Virus record (IMG/VR): IMGVR_UViG_3300021254_001514
Coordinates: 1 to 64,000 of that record
Length of the DNA stretch: 64,000 bases
DNA from: a virus
Lineage: Duplodnaviria; Caudoviricetes
Reading direction: 5' to 3' (one strand)
Made by a program: the position numbers and the translations under genes. The notes below the pieces were generated by a model, which had not been told where the DNA came from, made no database searches, and saw nothing but the letters and a program-made list of their open reading frames with translations. Of this stretch, positions 46,922 to 56,605 are shown in pieces. Each line of letters begins with the position of its first letter. The stretch's first letter is position 1.

Positions 46922-48271
46922 TTATTTCTTATAACGAGCTAAAATTTCTTCTACACCGGTTCTAGGAACGTCAGTTGGTAAAATACCTCCTGTTCTTTCC
47001 GGCGTTAATGCAGCGGAGTTGGTCTTTTTCAGTTCATAAGCAAGATGCATATCAAGCTCCTCTGGAGTAAAATCATCAAATTTTTCGCGGTAAGATTCAA
47101 GCAGATCTTCGGATAATTTGTTGTTGTACTCGGCGACTACAGCCTCTTTTGACTGGGTCTCGATATTCTTCTTATATTCTTTTAAAGATTCGTTCTCTGC
47201 TGTAAGTGTTGCAATATTTTCCTGAGCTACACTGTAGCTAGATTGAACTTCTTGCACTTCTGTTTTTAAAGTAGAGTTCTCTTTAGTCAACTCTTCAATT
47301 TTGTTGCTAAATTCTGCACAATCAACGGCATTTTTCTCTGCATTAGTTAAATCTTCTTTTACTAATTCATATGTATCTCCGTTTAGTGCGCGAAGAGTAT
47401 CAAGAGTCTTCTTCTCATTTTCAGTTACGTCTACTATATAAACCGTAACTCTTTCACCAAGAGTCACTGAATCATCTTCATCATTTTTAGTGTAAAATAC
47501 TCTTTCAAAATTGCCAGTTTCATAATTAACAACAAGAGCATAATCATCAAAGACACTGCAAATACCATAAGTAACTGTCCAGTTATTATCAGCATTATAC
47601 TCTTCGTTTAGTAATTCCCAAATAGCATCATGTTTCTGGCTATCAGAAAGCTTAAAGTTTAACTTAGGCATTTCCGATCCTCCTTCATAACTATATTCTT
47701 TAATTTTTTGAATAGCTTCCTCAATAGTTTTCTGAAGAGAAAAGAAAGAAGCACCTTCAAAACAAGGTTCAACCTTATCTCCTAAAACCTGAAGTCCTAA
47801 GAAACTACCATGGTCGAAAACAACGTACTTCATTCCATTTATAATAGACATATGGTACTGAAGAGAGGGTTCATAAAGTTCCATTGATAAACTCTTCCCT
47901 ACTATTTTTGAAGCTTCAGGATATAAAGCAGAGTATATATATACATCAGTACAAGCATATACTCTTTCTACTCCATCTTCATCAATATGACTTTCCCAAG
48001 AAAAATTGTTGTTCTCAGGAACAATACCATAAATCCTACCTTCTGCTCTTGAATTACCGTGATCTGTATAATCACCGTCCCCATAAATACCTTTTACGGG
48101 TACATAAGGAAGAGTTGTAATGAGTTCATTAGCAAATTCTTCTGTGATATAAGTACCGTTTCTGTTTTCGTTTCGGTAAAAAATTCTGCATCGAGCCTTT
48201 GTTAGAATGTCATTTACTTTTTCAAAATCTCCATAAATACTAATGGGAAACTCTAACATTTCTTTATTCAT
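46922..48271 (-). CDS. Prohead protease-scaffold fusion
   Basis: N-terminal protease-like domain (NRNGTYIT, SLSMEL, LGDKVEPCF) plus an acidic coiled-coil C-terminus. Confidence 0.75.
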   Translation of the reverse strand: MNKEMLEFPISIYGDFEKVNDILTKARCRIFYRNENRNGTYITEEFANELITTLPYVPVKGIYGDGDYTDHGNSRAEGRIYGIVPENNNFSWESHIDEDGVERVYACTDVYIYSALYPEASKIVGKSLSMELYEPSLQYHMSIINGMKYVVFDHGSFLGLQVLGDKVEPCFEGASFFSLQKTIEEAIQKIKEYSYEGGSEMPKLNFKLSDSQKHDAIWELLNEEYNADNNWTVTYGICSVFDDYALVVNYETGNFERVFYTKNDEDDSVTLGERVTVYIVDVTENEKKTLDTLRALNGDTYELVKEDLTNAEKNAVDCAEFSNKIEELTKENSTLKTEVQEVQSSYSVAQENIATLTAENESLKEYKKNIETQSKEAVVAEYNNKLSEDLLESYREKFDDFTPEELDMHLAYELKKTNSAALTPERTGGILPTDVPRTGVEEILARYKK

Positions 48272-49745
48272 TATCAGAGCCTCCTTGACGATCTAATGAT
48301 TGCTCATTTTGAATCGTTTTTTCAGCTTTTTCTTCTATTGGTTTTTCAGGCGCGCCAACATCATTTGATGACTCAGTATAAGAAGAATATAAAGGAATTA
48401 ATTTTTCCCTTAAATCAAGAACATCATTCTCAAGAGCCTTTAGGTTGATAAGTTGCTGTTGATTGATACCCATCGCCGCAGACACATATAAGAAACTATA
48501 ACCGCTTTGCGCGAGCTTTAATGCATCTTTTATTATATCACTTTGAGTATATAAACTTACTGGTAAAACTAAATATTTAAAATCAATATTACTATTACCA
48601 AATAAGAAGTTAGTAATATAAGTTATAAAACGGGCGTACTTCGTAGCAAGAATCATCATTATAGAAATGTCATTCTTAATAGATGTTCCTAAAGCCTGAG
48701 AACCCGTCGGTGCGAATATCTGAGCACTTACACCTGCTTCAGAATATACATTTTGAAGCATTTTTTCTATTGATGTTGACACATTATCTGCTGACGTTTT
48801 AGAAATAATAGCATCTACATCAGCATAAGTTGTCAAAATAGAAAGATTAGGATTCTTCTTCATCATATTAACGGCGCCACGATGCATCTCGCGCGCCTCG
48901 TCTGGCTCAAACAGTAGCTGGCCATCATTTAAATGAGGAATTTTCTGTACTATAATCTTTCTAATTTCTTCAAGCTCTCTTTCTCTTTCAGTATCCACCG
49001 CATCATCATATTGTATTGTATTAGGAATAATATCAACAAACAATGGACGATGGTCATCAAAGAAAGAAAAGCATACGCCAATATCTGCGGGAAGTATTAA
49101 CCACGAAGTATCTGTTTTTCCTTTACTGTATTTCTTATAAAAAGAAGATACTATAGAAGGATAGGTTTTTAACGCAGTATCTTTTATTGCGGAATCAAAA
49201 ATAGAATCAAAATAACTAACATCAAATTCTACAATATCATTCCCGTAAATATCTCTAAAACGAGAGCGAGCATAACCAGAAGGAAGATCAAATATAACTA
49301 ATTTCTCTTTATTAAGAGTTTGAATTATACCATAATAACATCCATCAATAAGCGCACGGATAGACATTCTTGTCATTAATTCTACTAAGTTGGCTTTATC
49401 AAGATATTTTACCGCCGCGTAATACCTTTTTTCGATATGTGAACTGGAGAGTTTCTGACCGAATTTTGGATTAGGTATCAATAAACCTGAATATGTTAAA
49501 AGCGACGCGTAGTATAAAACTAATTTCTTATAAAGACCATTTCTTTCATAGAAATAACGGGAAAGCCTTTGTATTTCTACTGGATCGGTAGAACCTAATA
49601 TTCTTTCCACCTCTTCAAAACTATAATCTTTTTGGAAAGTCGTAATCTGCCATCTACCACCACTATTCCAAGAAGATTCGTTTGAAGCAACCATATCATC
49701 CATTGCTTTTTTGAAGGTAGCTATGTCAACAGTTTTTTCTTTCAC
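48264..49745 (-). CDS. Portal protein
   Basis: Position after the terminase gene, 493 aa, with a GCYYG stem pattern. Confidence 0.8.
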   Translation of the reverse strand: MKEKTVDIATFKKAMDDMVASNESSWNSGGRWQITTFQKDYSFEEVERILGSTDPVEIQRLSRYFYERNGLYKKLVLYYASLLTYSGLLIPNPKFGQKLSSSHIEKRYYAAVKYLDKANLVELMTRMSIRALIDGCYYGIIQTLNKEKLVIFDLPSGYARSRFRDIYGNDIVEFDVSYFDSIFDSAIKDTALKTYPSIVSSFYKKYSKGKTDTSWLILPADIGVCFSFFDDHRPLFVDIIPNTIQYDDAVDTERERELEEIRKIIVQKIPHLNDGQLLFEPDEAREMHRGAVNMMKKNPNLSILTTYADVDAIISKTSADNVSTSIEKMLQNVYSEAGVSAQIFAPTGSQALGTSIKNDISIMMILATKYARFITYITNFLFGNSNIDFKYLVLPVSLYTQSDIIKDALKLAQSGYSFLYVSAAMGINQQQLINLKALENDVLDLREKLIPLYSSYTESSNDVGAPEKPIEEKAEKTIQNEQSLDRQGGSDNE

Positions 49746-49750
49746 TGACT

Positions 49751-51559
49751 TTATGCCCCTCCTGTATAAAAAATTAACGTCCGTCCACTAAAAGCAGATT
49801 TTCTTTTTTGCTTTTGGTAAGCTTCTTCTTCTAACTCTTTAATTCTCCACTGCCCGTAAGCAAAAGCAGAATATTTATCTTTAGGAAAACGTGAGTTAAT
49901 TTGTTCCAAAGTTATGTCTGTGCCGGTTCTTTTAAGTCTTAAATTTGCCATCTCATCAAACAACTTTGTAGTAAGTTCATGAGGAAGTAAACGCTTTACT
50001 CGTTTTTCTACAGACATTTTTGAACCGACCTTTGACGCAAGTAGTTTTGCCCGTGCTTCCTGCTCTGTGATTAAAAATCTTACCATGCCGCTGTTTAGTC
50101 TTGTATAAGCATTCCCATGAATTTTTGGATTCAAAACTCCAGTAGCTTTCATGGAGTATAATATCATAGATGCATCCTTGGGTTGAATTTTTTTATAATC
50201 ATCATTATTGAAAAATCCATACGCGGGAAGAACATTTCCAAATATATCTGTTTGAGTCCTAATCATTTCATCGGCAAGTCCAATACCCAAGCCGTTGCAG
50301 TCAATCACGACCTCGCGCGGATTATATCTTTCAATAAGAAGCTTTAAATCTATAGCTTGCTGATTAAAAGTTTTAGTTTCCGCTTGTCTACCCAATACCT
50401 CTAAATTAACAAGAGTAGAATAATATTTATTATCCCTTATGTTAACTCTGAAGATACAAGCCACTGTCTGGTCTGACAATCTACCTACGTCTACTGATAT
50501 TAAGTAAAAAACATTAGGTTCTCCTCTAAACTTTTGCTTCAATTCCGGATTTTTTAAGCGTCGATATTTTTCCATCTTATCAAGTCTGAACCAGGACTCT
50601 TCTGATCCACCAAGCCAAACTCCCATATACTCACTAGCAAAAGTGCTTTCATTATAAGAAGGAGATAGTTTTAAATCCCTAACATACTTTCCATCAATAA
50701 GACCGTGCATTACGGGGATTCTATAGTCAAGACCTATGCAAAAATTTCTTTTAGGATCAATGATAGCTTTTTCAAAAGTATCTATTAAAGCCTCATAGGC
50801 ATAAGAAGACTTCATCCCCGCCGAAGTAGCATAGATAACCTGTGTGTTTATATTTTCATAAGGGTTAACAAGTCCATTAGCCATTCTTCGAGACACATTC
50901 ATCTGAGGTAAAATAACCTCACTAATCATCTGACCATCCTGGTCTCTAACCTCATCTATTAATGTAGCGTGCGTACGAATACCACGGTCAGAATTAATCG
51001 CACCACCAATAGATAAACGCGACCCATTCTTAAAATAAAGGTCGCAATAATCTTTACCGAAATTCGCATGAGGCGCGCCGCCTACTTCTTCCAATTCTTT
51101 CTTTAATAAAGGCCATATGCGCCAAATCTCTTCAATTTTTTGTCTTGATATTTTTGCTGCCTGATTTTTATTAGGAGCCACTATAGAGCCAACATGATTA
51201 GGAATAAACATACACTGCATATATTTACCTAATATAGAAAGAAAGGTTTTTGAAGTAGCACGCGCGGCAGTAATATAAAGAGTAGTATATCTCATGCAGG
51301 CGCGCAGAAAAACTCTTTGATAAGGAAAAAGAGTAAAACTTGAATTAACCGGTTGAATAGTGTCTAGGTAAATGTCCGGATAAGCAGAAAAAATTTGCCA
51401 GTATTCCTGTAACAAATTTTCATTTTTCTCTAACCACTCGGGAGTTATAATAACACCCTTTTCCAACTCTATGCCCTGTCTATATATTTTCTCTTTTACG
51501 TTAAAAGAAAAAGGTTTAGGCTCGCGCAGTTTAATAATATTACTTTCCTCATTGTTCAT
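49751..51559 (-). CDS. Terminase large subunit
   Basis: Walker A variant AARATSKT, Walker B LIDEVRD, nuclease ISVDVGR, C-terminal KDKYSA. Confidence 0.88.
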   Translation of the reverse strand: MNNEESNIIKLREPKPFSFNVKEKIYRQGIELEKGVIITPEWLEKNENLLQEYWQIFSAYPDIYLDTIQPVNSSFTLFPYQRVFLRACMRYTTLYITAARATSKTFLSILGKYMQCMFIPNHVGSIVAPNKNQAAKISRQKIEEIWRIWPLLKKELEEVGGAPHANFGKDYCDLYFKNGSRLSIGGAINSDRGIRTHATLIDEVRDQDGQMISEVILPQMNVSRRMANGLVNPYENINTQVIYATSAGMKSSYAYEALIDTFEKAIIDPKRNFCIGLDYRIPVMHGLIDGKYVRDLKLSPSYNESTFASEYMGVWLGGSEESWFRLDKMEKYRRLKNPELKQKFRGEPNVFYLISVDVGRLSDQTVACIFRVNIRDNKYYSTLVNLEVLGRQAETKTFNQQAIDLKLLIERYNPREVVIDCNGLGIGLADEMIRTQTDIFGNVLPAYGFFNNDDYKKIQPKDASMILYSMKATGVLNPKIHGNAYTRLNSGMVRFLITEQEARAKLLASKVGSKMSVEKRVKRLLPHELTTKLFDEMANLRLKRTGTDITLEQINSRFPKDKYSAFAYGQWRIKELEEEAYQKQKRKSAFSGRTLIFYTGGA

Positions 51560-52532
51560 CTATATCTACCTCAAACTCTTCTTCCTCTCCCTCAACTATA
51601 TAGCCCGCATTATCATACTCGTCAAGATCAAACTCTTTTTCTAACTCAAACACATTCTCTTCCAATTCTGTAGCATTTTGAAGAGATTGAAGTCTTTGTC
51701 CAATTTCATCACCAATTCCGCCTTCATTTATATAAAGCCTCTGGTTATAATTCTCAATATTCTTTAGAGTTTCATCAATAACATCTCTCGTTACATTATC
51801 ATAAAATTTATTTATGTGTCCTCTCTTCTCAAGCCACATACCTACTTCTGCGAAAGAATCAAAGTCGACCGCATTCTTTGTATTTTTTGGAGTAAATTCC
51901 GCAATTTTAACTAATCTATCATAGCTTGAAAGAAGTTTATCAACATCTTTATCTCCAGCACGAATCTTACTATCAATCTCTAAAGATAACTTACAAATCT
52001 TTCGCGCCTGATCTATAGGGAGCGCGCCATTAACTGACTGGGACACCAACAGTCCCTTATATAAATCTTCAAGATAATATAATTCTTCTTCTGAGTAATT
52101 CTCTCCCCAGGTCTTTCTAAGAACTTCAAGTTCATGTTCATGGACAAGCGGAATCTCATCCTCTAACATTCCTACTTCTCTTAACTTCTTATATTGTTTA
52201 AAATAATCTCCCCATCCAATAGACTTATAATCATCAGAAGAAAAAACATTAGCATAAATAGGCCAGGTATTCTCTTCGCCATTTAACTCTGCTAACCGCT
52301 CCCATTCCTTTACAATAAAAGGAATATCACTCCATTGACAAACTTTATCTATAACTTCCCAGTCAAAATTGTTCTCGCGCAAAAAGTCGCAAATACAATC
52401 ATTACAAACTGGTAAGACTCCTTCGGGATAGAAAATGGAATGAGTCTTAGCAAAATTATCCCCCAAATTCCCGCATTTCACGCATTTCTTAAATAGCGCG
52501 GCCTTCTTCGGAATTTTTGGTACTATCGCCAT
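51549..52532 (-). CDS. Zn-finger protein upstream of the terminase (terminase small subunit candidate)
   Basis: CVKCG...LPVCNDC. Function inferred from position. Confidence 0.5.
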   Translation of the reverse strand: MAIVPKIPKKAALFKKCVKCGNLGDNFAKTHSIFYPEGVLPVCNDCICDFLRENNFDWEVIDKVCQWSDIPFIVKEWERLAELNGEENTWPIYANVFSSDDYKSIGWGDYFKQYKKLREVGMLEDEIPLVHEHELEVLRKTWGENYSEEELYYLEDLYKGLLVSQSVNGALPIDQARKICKLSLEIDSKIRAGDKDVDKLLSSYDRLVKIAEFTPKNTKNAVDFDSFAEVGMWLEKRGHINKFYDNVTRDVIDETLKNIENYNQRLYINEGGIGDEIGQRLQSLQNATELEENVFELEKEFDLDEYDNAGYIVEGEEEEFEVDIDEQ

Positions 52533-52785
52533 CTATAACTCCTCCCTTATCAGAATTAGCCTTATTTAAAATTTTCAGCAATTCCTTTTTCTTTTTTCTT
52601 GATAGCTCATTATATTTCTTCATTATATCTTCAAAGATCTCGTCAAAATCTCTTGGTAGAGATTTTCCTTCACTATCTTTCTCTTCTTTTACCAGGCGGG
52701 CGCCCGTTAAAGAAGCGAGTCCTACAAAAATTTCAGGCTGTTTAATCTTTGAAATTTCAATCATAAACTTATCATTTAATTCCAT
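52489..52785 (-). CDS. Hypothetical protein
   Basis: GGAG RBS; coupled ORF. Confidence 0.65.
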   Translation of the reverse strand: MELNDKFMIEISKIKQPEIFVGLASLTGARLVKEEKDSEGKSLPRDFDEIFEDIMKKYNELSRKKKKELLKILNKANSDKGGVIDGDSTKNSEEGRAI

Positions 52786-52789
52786 TCCT

Positions 52790-54148
52790 CTACTCCTTAA
52801 CCTTAATTCTCTTTATTTTCTCGCACTTCTTACATCGAGGAGAAAATCCATCGCTAGACCTAGCTCTTTTAACAAAATTAATCTCATCCATAAGTAGAAC
52901 TCTGCCGCAATCTTTACACTTTTTGAAGTTTTCTGGAAAGAAAATATTCTCCAAGACTTCTCTATGTCTGCGCGCGGTCTGCGCAATTCCCTCTAAACAT
53001 TTCTTACAATATAAAGTAGAAATATAATTGGCTCTATACTTCTTCCCATATTTTTGATTAATAAAATTTACAATATCTTGATTCTGTACCTTTTGAATTT
53101 TTAAATCTAATATATCTTCTAAAATAGGATCTAAGTTACTAAGTTTCCTATAAACCATGGCGGCGCGCATAAATAAGCCCCTATTAGAATAAATAGAATC
53201 TTCAGGTTCTTCTAACTCTTCCCACATACTAAAAAGTGCATATAGGTGATCCGTATTTGTAAAATCAAAATACTTTTTTGTACCCGCCGCAGTATAAGCC
53301 AGCTTTTCTGGCTTCTCTACCTGTTCCTTTCTTTCATATTGACTTCCATCCCATAAAATTTTACTAATACTAATTAGCTCTTCCTCTCTAAAATCTTCGG
53401 GTTCCGGAAACCTATCCTCTCTAAAAATCTTTTCTCCTAATTCTCCTTTGAAGGGAAGTCCAATCGGTCTAACTAAAATTTCTTCACCAAAAGTCGGCCC
53501 GATTCCCTCATTAAAATTAAAAGTAGGTCTACTTAAATGAGTCTCATTAAAACTATCCCTATACGTATATTGCTCTCTTCTCATTTCAACTAGTGAATGC
53601 TTGAGTTTTAAATAGTTATAAGGAGAAGTTTGTTCAGAAAGACTCTTAATATTTTGTTGTTCTTCTGGAGAAAATTTGTCTAAGAGAGTTTGACGAGGTG
53701 GATTTTTTCGCTTATTATGCGCCAGGTCGTAAAAATTGATTAGAAGTTCTGTTTTGTCGATTTCTTTCCAGAGTTGTTCAAGAGCAGATAGAATGTGCGG
53801 TGGGGCGTTTTTGCGCGCCTCTGAACGAGAAAAGACTTCTCGTGAGATTTTTGTCGGAGGGTCGGATGGCCCTTTTAGCATTGTTTCAGAAAAGTTTGGA
53901 TTTTCGATTAAGGCATCGAGAGATTCGATTTTATTGGTGTCCCAAGTTCCGTATTTAGTTTCGAGTTCCAAGCCTTCTTGGCGGCCGTTTAGACCAGTTT
54001 CAGAATCTTTTCCCCATAAAATATATTTGGCCATTATATCAAGTTCGGACTCGTTGGGTGTAAAACGAATTTTTTGGAGGTAGTCTTGGATAAAGGTAAG
54101 ACGTTCTGAACGAGTTTGAAGTTGGAAGTTTAGTTGTAAGCGATTCAT
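52790..54148 (-). CDS. Hypothetical protein with a sigma-4/HTH-like segment and C-terminal Zn ribbon (regulator candidate)
   Basis: ILEDILDLKIQKVQNQDIVNFINQKYGKKYRANYISTL, then CKKC/CKDCG/CKKC. Confidence 0.5.
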   Translation of the reverse strand: MNRLQLNFQLQTRSERLTFIQDYLQKIRFTPNESELDIMAKYILWGKDSETGLNGRQEGLELETKYGTWDTNKIESLDALIENPNFSETMLKGPSDPPTKISREVFSRSEARKNAPPHILSALEQLWKEIDKTELLINFYDLAHNKRKNPPRQTLLDKFSPEEQQNIKSLSEQTSPYNYLKLKHSLVEMRREQYTYRDSFNETHLSRPTFNFNEGIGPTFGEEILVRPIGLPFKGELGEKIFREDRFPEPEDFREEELISISKILWDGSQYERKEQVEKPEKLAYTAAGTKKYFDFTNTDHLYALFSMWEELEEPEDSIYSNRGLFMRAAMVYRKLSNLDPILEDILDLKIQKVQNQDIVNFINQKYGKKYRANYISTLYCKKCLEGIAQTARRHREVLENIFFPENFKKCKDCGRVLLMDEINFVKRARSSDGFSPRCKKCEKIKRIKVKE

Positions 54149-54164
54149 TTTAGCTCCTTATATA

Positions 54165-54252
54165 AGCCAGACCAGTAGACTGGTCAGTAAGCCAGTGAGT
54201 AGACCAGCGAGTAGATTAGTAGAATTAATACTGGCGTATTGACTGGCGTATT
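54165..54252. repeat. Short tandem and inverted repeats in the leader of the leftward operon
   Basis: CCAGTGAGTAGA/CCAGCGAGTAGA in tandem (54192-54215), ACTGGCGTATT twice (54230, 54242), palindrome ACCAGT-AG-ACTGGT (54171-84). Confidence 0.75.
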
Positions 54253-54271
54253 TATTTTTCTTTCTATTCTT

Positions 54272-54300
54272 AGTATACAGAAAATTGGGGGAAAAGTCAA
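54272..54300 (-). promoter_or_regulatory. Leftward sigma-A-like promoter of the packaging/structural operon
   Basis: Minus strand TTGACT-17-TATACT. Confidence 0.7.
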
Positions 54301-54334
54301 ATTTTCGGAGTCACAATTTTTAAGAATCTCCTTA

Positions 54335-54510
54335 TTTTTTATTTCAAAAGTCTTTTTAAATTTTTTATTTCAAAAGTCTTTGTTACCAGGTGGGAGGGCA
54401 GTTAGACGCGTCTAACTCCAGTTTCCTAAAACCAACCCCGGGTAGGCGTACCTAACCTGAGTTAGCCGCCCCTAATCGCAATTAGATATGTTTAACCTCA
54501 GTTAGGTACA
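54335..54510. repeat. 21-bp direct repeat plus a GTTAG/CTAAC palindrome cluster
   Basis: TTTTTTATTTCAAAAGTCTTT at 54335 and 54361; perfect palindrome AGTTAGACGCGTCTAACT at 54400-17; TACCTAAC...GTTAGGTA inverted pair. Confidence 0.75.
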
Positions 54511-54693
54511 GAACGTTATTTTATAAACATAAAAGACAGTCTATAAATTTTATAACATAGTAGCGATAAAAAGCAAAAATATGCAAAAAAAATTTTTTTA
54601 AAAAAATGAAAAAAGGGGGTTGACAAGCTTTTTTTAGTGTGTTATAGTGTATACAGAAACAAGGAAAACCGAACCGCAAAAGGGGGGTACACT

Positions 54694-55170
54694 ATGAAAC
54701 GTAAAACCTATTCTATCAATATAGACTACGTCTATGACTCCGCGCGCAAGGGCGCAAAGTATAGCTTTAACAACGGCGCAAGCTGGGTCAATGGTGGTGA
54801 GGCTATTGAGATTTTTGTTAAGTCAGCGCTGGGTCTCTCAGCTGAGAAAGACGCTAACACGCCCTTCGATGTAGACAGTGATATCCCCGAATACCACGCA
54901 AGCGTGAAAAGCTCCGCTTTTACCTTAACAAGTGAAAAGCTGGGTGAGACTTTCGAGGAAGTGAAAGCTGAATACTTCCGCCGGACGGCTAGCACCTGCA
55001 CAGTATATGGATACGCTACAGAAGATACGCTGGTAACCTATTGGATGACAATGGAAGAGTTTGCAGAGTACCTGGACAAGTGGGGAACCTGGGAAGCCAG
55101 CCGCAAGGTAATCAGAGGAAAGAAGCTGAGTGGAAAGATGATAGAATGGTTCGAATCTAAGGTAGCGTAA
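54694..55170 (+). CDS. Hypothetical protein (first gene of the small-gene region)
   Basis: AGGGGGG RBS, own promoter, terminator hairpin at 55157-55180. Confidence 0.8.
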   Translation: MKRKTYSINIDYVYDSARKGAKYSFNNGASWVNGGEAIEIFVKSALGLSAEKDANTPFDVDSDIPEYHASVKSSAFTLTSEKLGETFEEVKAEYFRRTASTCTVYGYATEDTLVTYWMTMEEFAEYLDKWGTWEASRKVIRGKKLSGKMIEWFESKVA

Positions 55171-55452
55171 GCTACCTTAGAGGGAAATCAGTAAGTATAG
55201 AGAGAAGAACACTATGAGAACAAGAGAAGAAGCTGAGGTAAGAATCAACCATTGGAAAGCTGGTTGTTCATGCTGGATATGAAAGACCATTGGAAAGCTA
55301 AAGATTGGATACGCTATTATAAGATGAAGAAGGAAGCTGAAAAGCTTAAAGAAGGATTAAAGGTAAAAGCTTAGGCTCTTACCAAACAAAAACCTTGACA
55401 AGATAAATAAAGTATGATATAATTAAGCTATCAAAGATGAGGAGATAAAGCC

Positions 55453-55626
55453 ATGACAAGAGAAGAGATGTTAGATGAGGTTATTAGAGTAAGAGGGTTT
55501 GAGGATAGGTGGACAATCTGGTTTGCGGAACTAATGGAGAGTGAGACAATCTCTGATAGTGCTTTACAGAGTGCAATGGTTGCGGCGGTTGTAATGCCTT
55601 TCGATGATGAAGATGAGGATGAGTAG
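55453..55626 (+). CDS. 57-aa acidic hypothetical protein (MTREEMLDEVIRVRGFEDRW...)
   Basis: Not in the ORF track. Has a promoter at 55395, a GAGGAG RBS and a hairpin over the stop. Confidence 0.75.
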   Translation: MTREEMLDEVIRVRGFEDRWTIWFAELMESETISDSALQSAMVAAVVMPFDDEDEDE

Positions 55627-55769
55627 TCCTCATCTCTTTTACGCGTGGAGTATCAGCGCCCGGGCGATTTAGATTGTACACAATCTAAAATTTTTTATAA
55701 AAACTACTTGACAAAGTCTTATAAATAATGTATAATATAATTACAAAAAGAAAGAGAGGGAAATAAAAA

Positions 55770-55982
55770 ATGGGAGTTTATGAAGAGTTAGTAGAATATT
55801 TTGAGAATGGTTATGAAATATTCTTTGGTTCTTATTATGGTGATGATGATGAACCGATAGAGAGTTTACAGGAATTAGAATGGGCGTATAAGGATTCTAC
55901 TTGCGATTCTCTTTATATAGCATCCGTCGATGTTGATGATGAAAACCAATCCGTTTATGTATATGTAGGAGATGATGAGTAA
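55770..55982 (+). CDS. Very acidic small protein
   Basis: Own promoter and GAGAGGG RBS. Confidence 0.8.
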   Translation: MGVYEELVEYFENGYEIFFGSYYGDDDEPIESLQELEWAYKDSTCDSLYIASVDVDDENQSVYVYVGDDE

Positions 55983-56199
55983 TGGTGTATCTGTATATTT
56001 TTTGGATTATTTTATTCATTTTAAATTTAGTTGTTCTCTATATGTTTCGGCATTCCGAAAAATTTTTTAAAGACAGATTTAACAAAAGTTAAGTCTGTCT
56101 AACCTTGCCCGGGCGCGCCGTCATTTTGCATAAATTTTTTCTATTTTTTTGTATAATTTTTTACTTGACTTTATAGAAAAAATATGATAATATATAACC

Positions 56200-56346
56200 A
56201 TAGAAAACAAAAAACCCTTTCCTTTCCTAAAACTTTATAAGAGGGATTAAGGGGTAAGTGGCTTGAGGTTTGACGAGTAAAAAATTTTGCGGCGACCAGT
56301 CTCCCGTGGGATTTTTAAAAGCTTACTAACCATATCCCCTCCCTCT
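56200..56346 (+). ncRNA. Structured leader or sRNA candidate
   Basis: No ORF. Long-range pairs AGAGGG/CCCTCT, AGGGG/CCCCT and GTAAGT/GCTTAC behind promoter 56165. Confidence 0.45.
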
Positions 56347-56382
56347 AAAAAATTTTTCAAAAAAATTTAAGAGGAAAAAAAG

Positions 56383-56577
56383 ATGTCATTAAATAAAGCA
56401 ATTCAATATAATAAAGAACATAGAAAACCTTTCACAGGTGCAAAAAGTATTTGTAAAAGTTGCCGCAATCATGGCGGTTGTCCGTGGTGTGAAGGCAATA
56501 GGAAATATAAATACAAAAAAGTTGAAGAAAAAACAGAAAAAGACTTGACAAATTTTGAAAAATATAATATAATGTAA
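56383..56577 (+). CDS. Cys-rich small phage protein
   Basis: KEHRKP...CRNHGGCPWC. Confidence 0.8.
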   Translation: MSLNKAIQYNKEHRKPFTGAKSICKSCRNHGGCPWCEGNRKYKYKKVEEKTEKDLTNFEKYNIM

Positions 56578-56605
56578 TTACAAAAAAAGAAAGGAGATTC
56601 CTAAA

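Noticed and set aside
1096-54083. Many opposite-strand or off-frame ORFs in the track (e.g. 3373..3726, 4351..4872, 38721..39164, 53736..54083)
   Set aside because: They lie wholly over well-supported genes, lack an RBS and have no recognisable motifs, so they are shadow ORFs.
55213-55374. Two short overlapping frames with a duplicated ACCATTGGAAAGCT
   Set aside because: May be a frameshifted remnant, but the RBS and length support are too weak to call.
55983-56093. In-frame hydrophobic extension after the stop of 55770..55982
   Set aside because: It has no start of its own, and read-through or a decayed gene cannot be told apart from chance.
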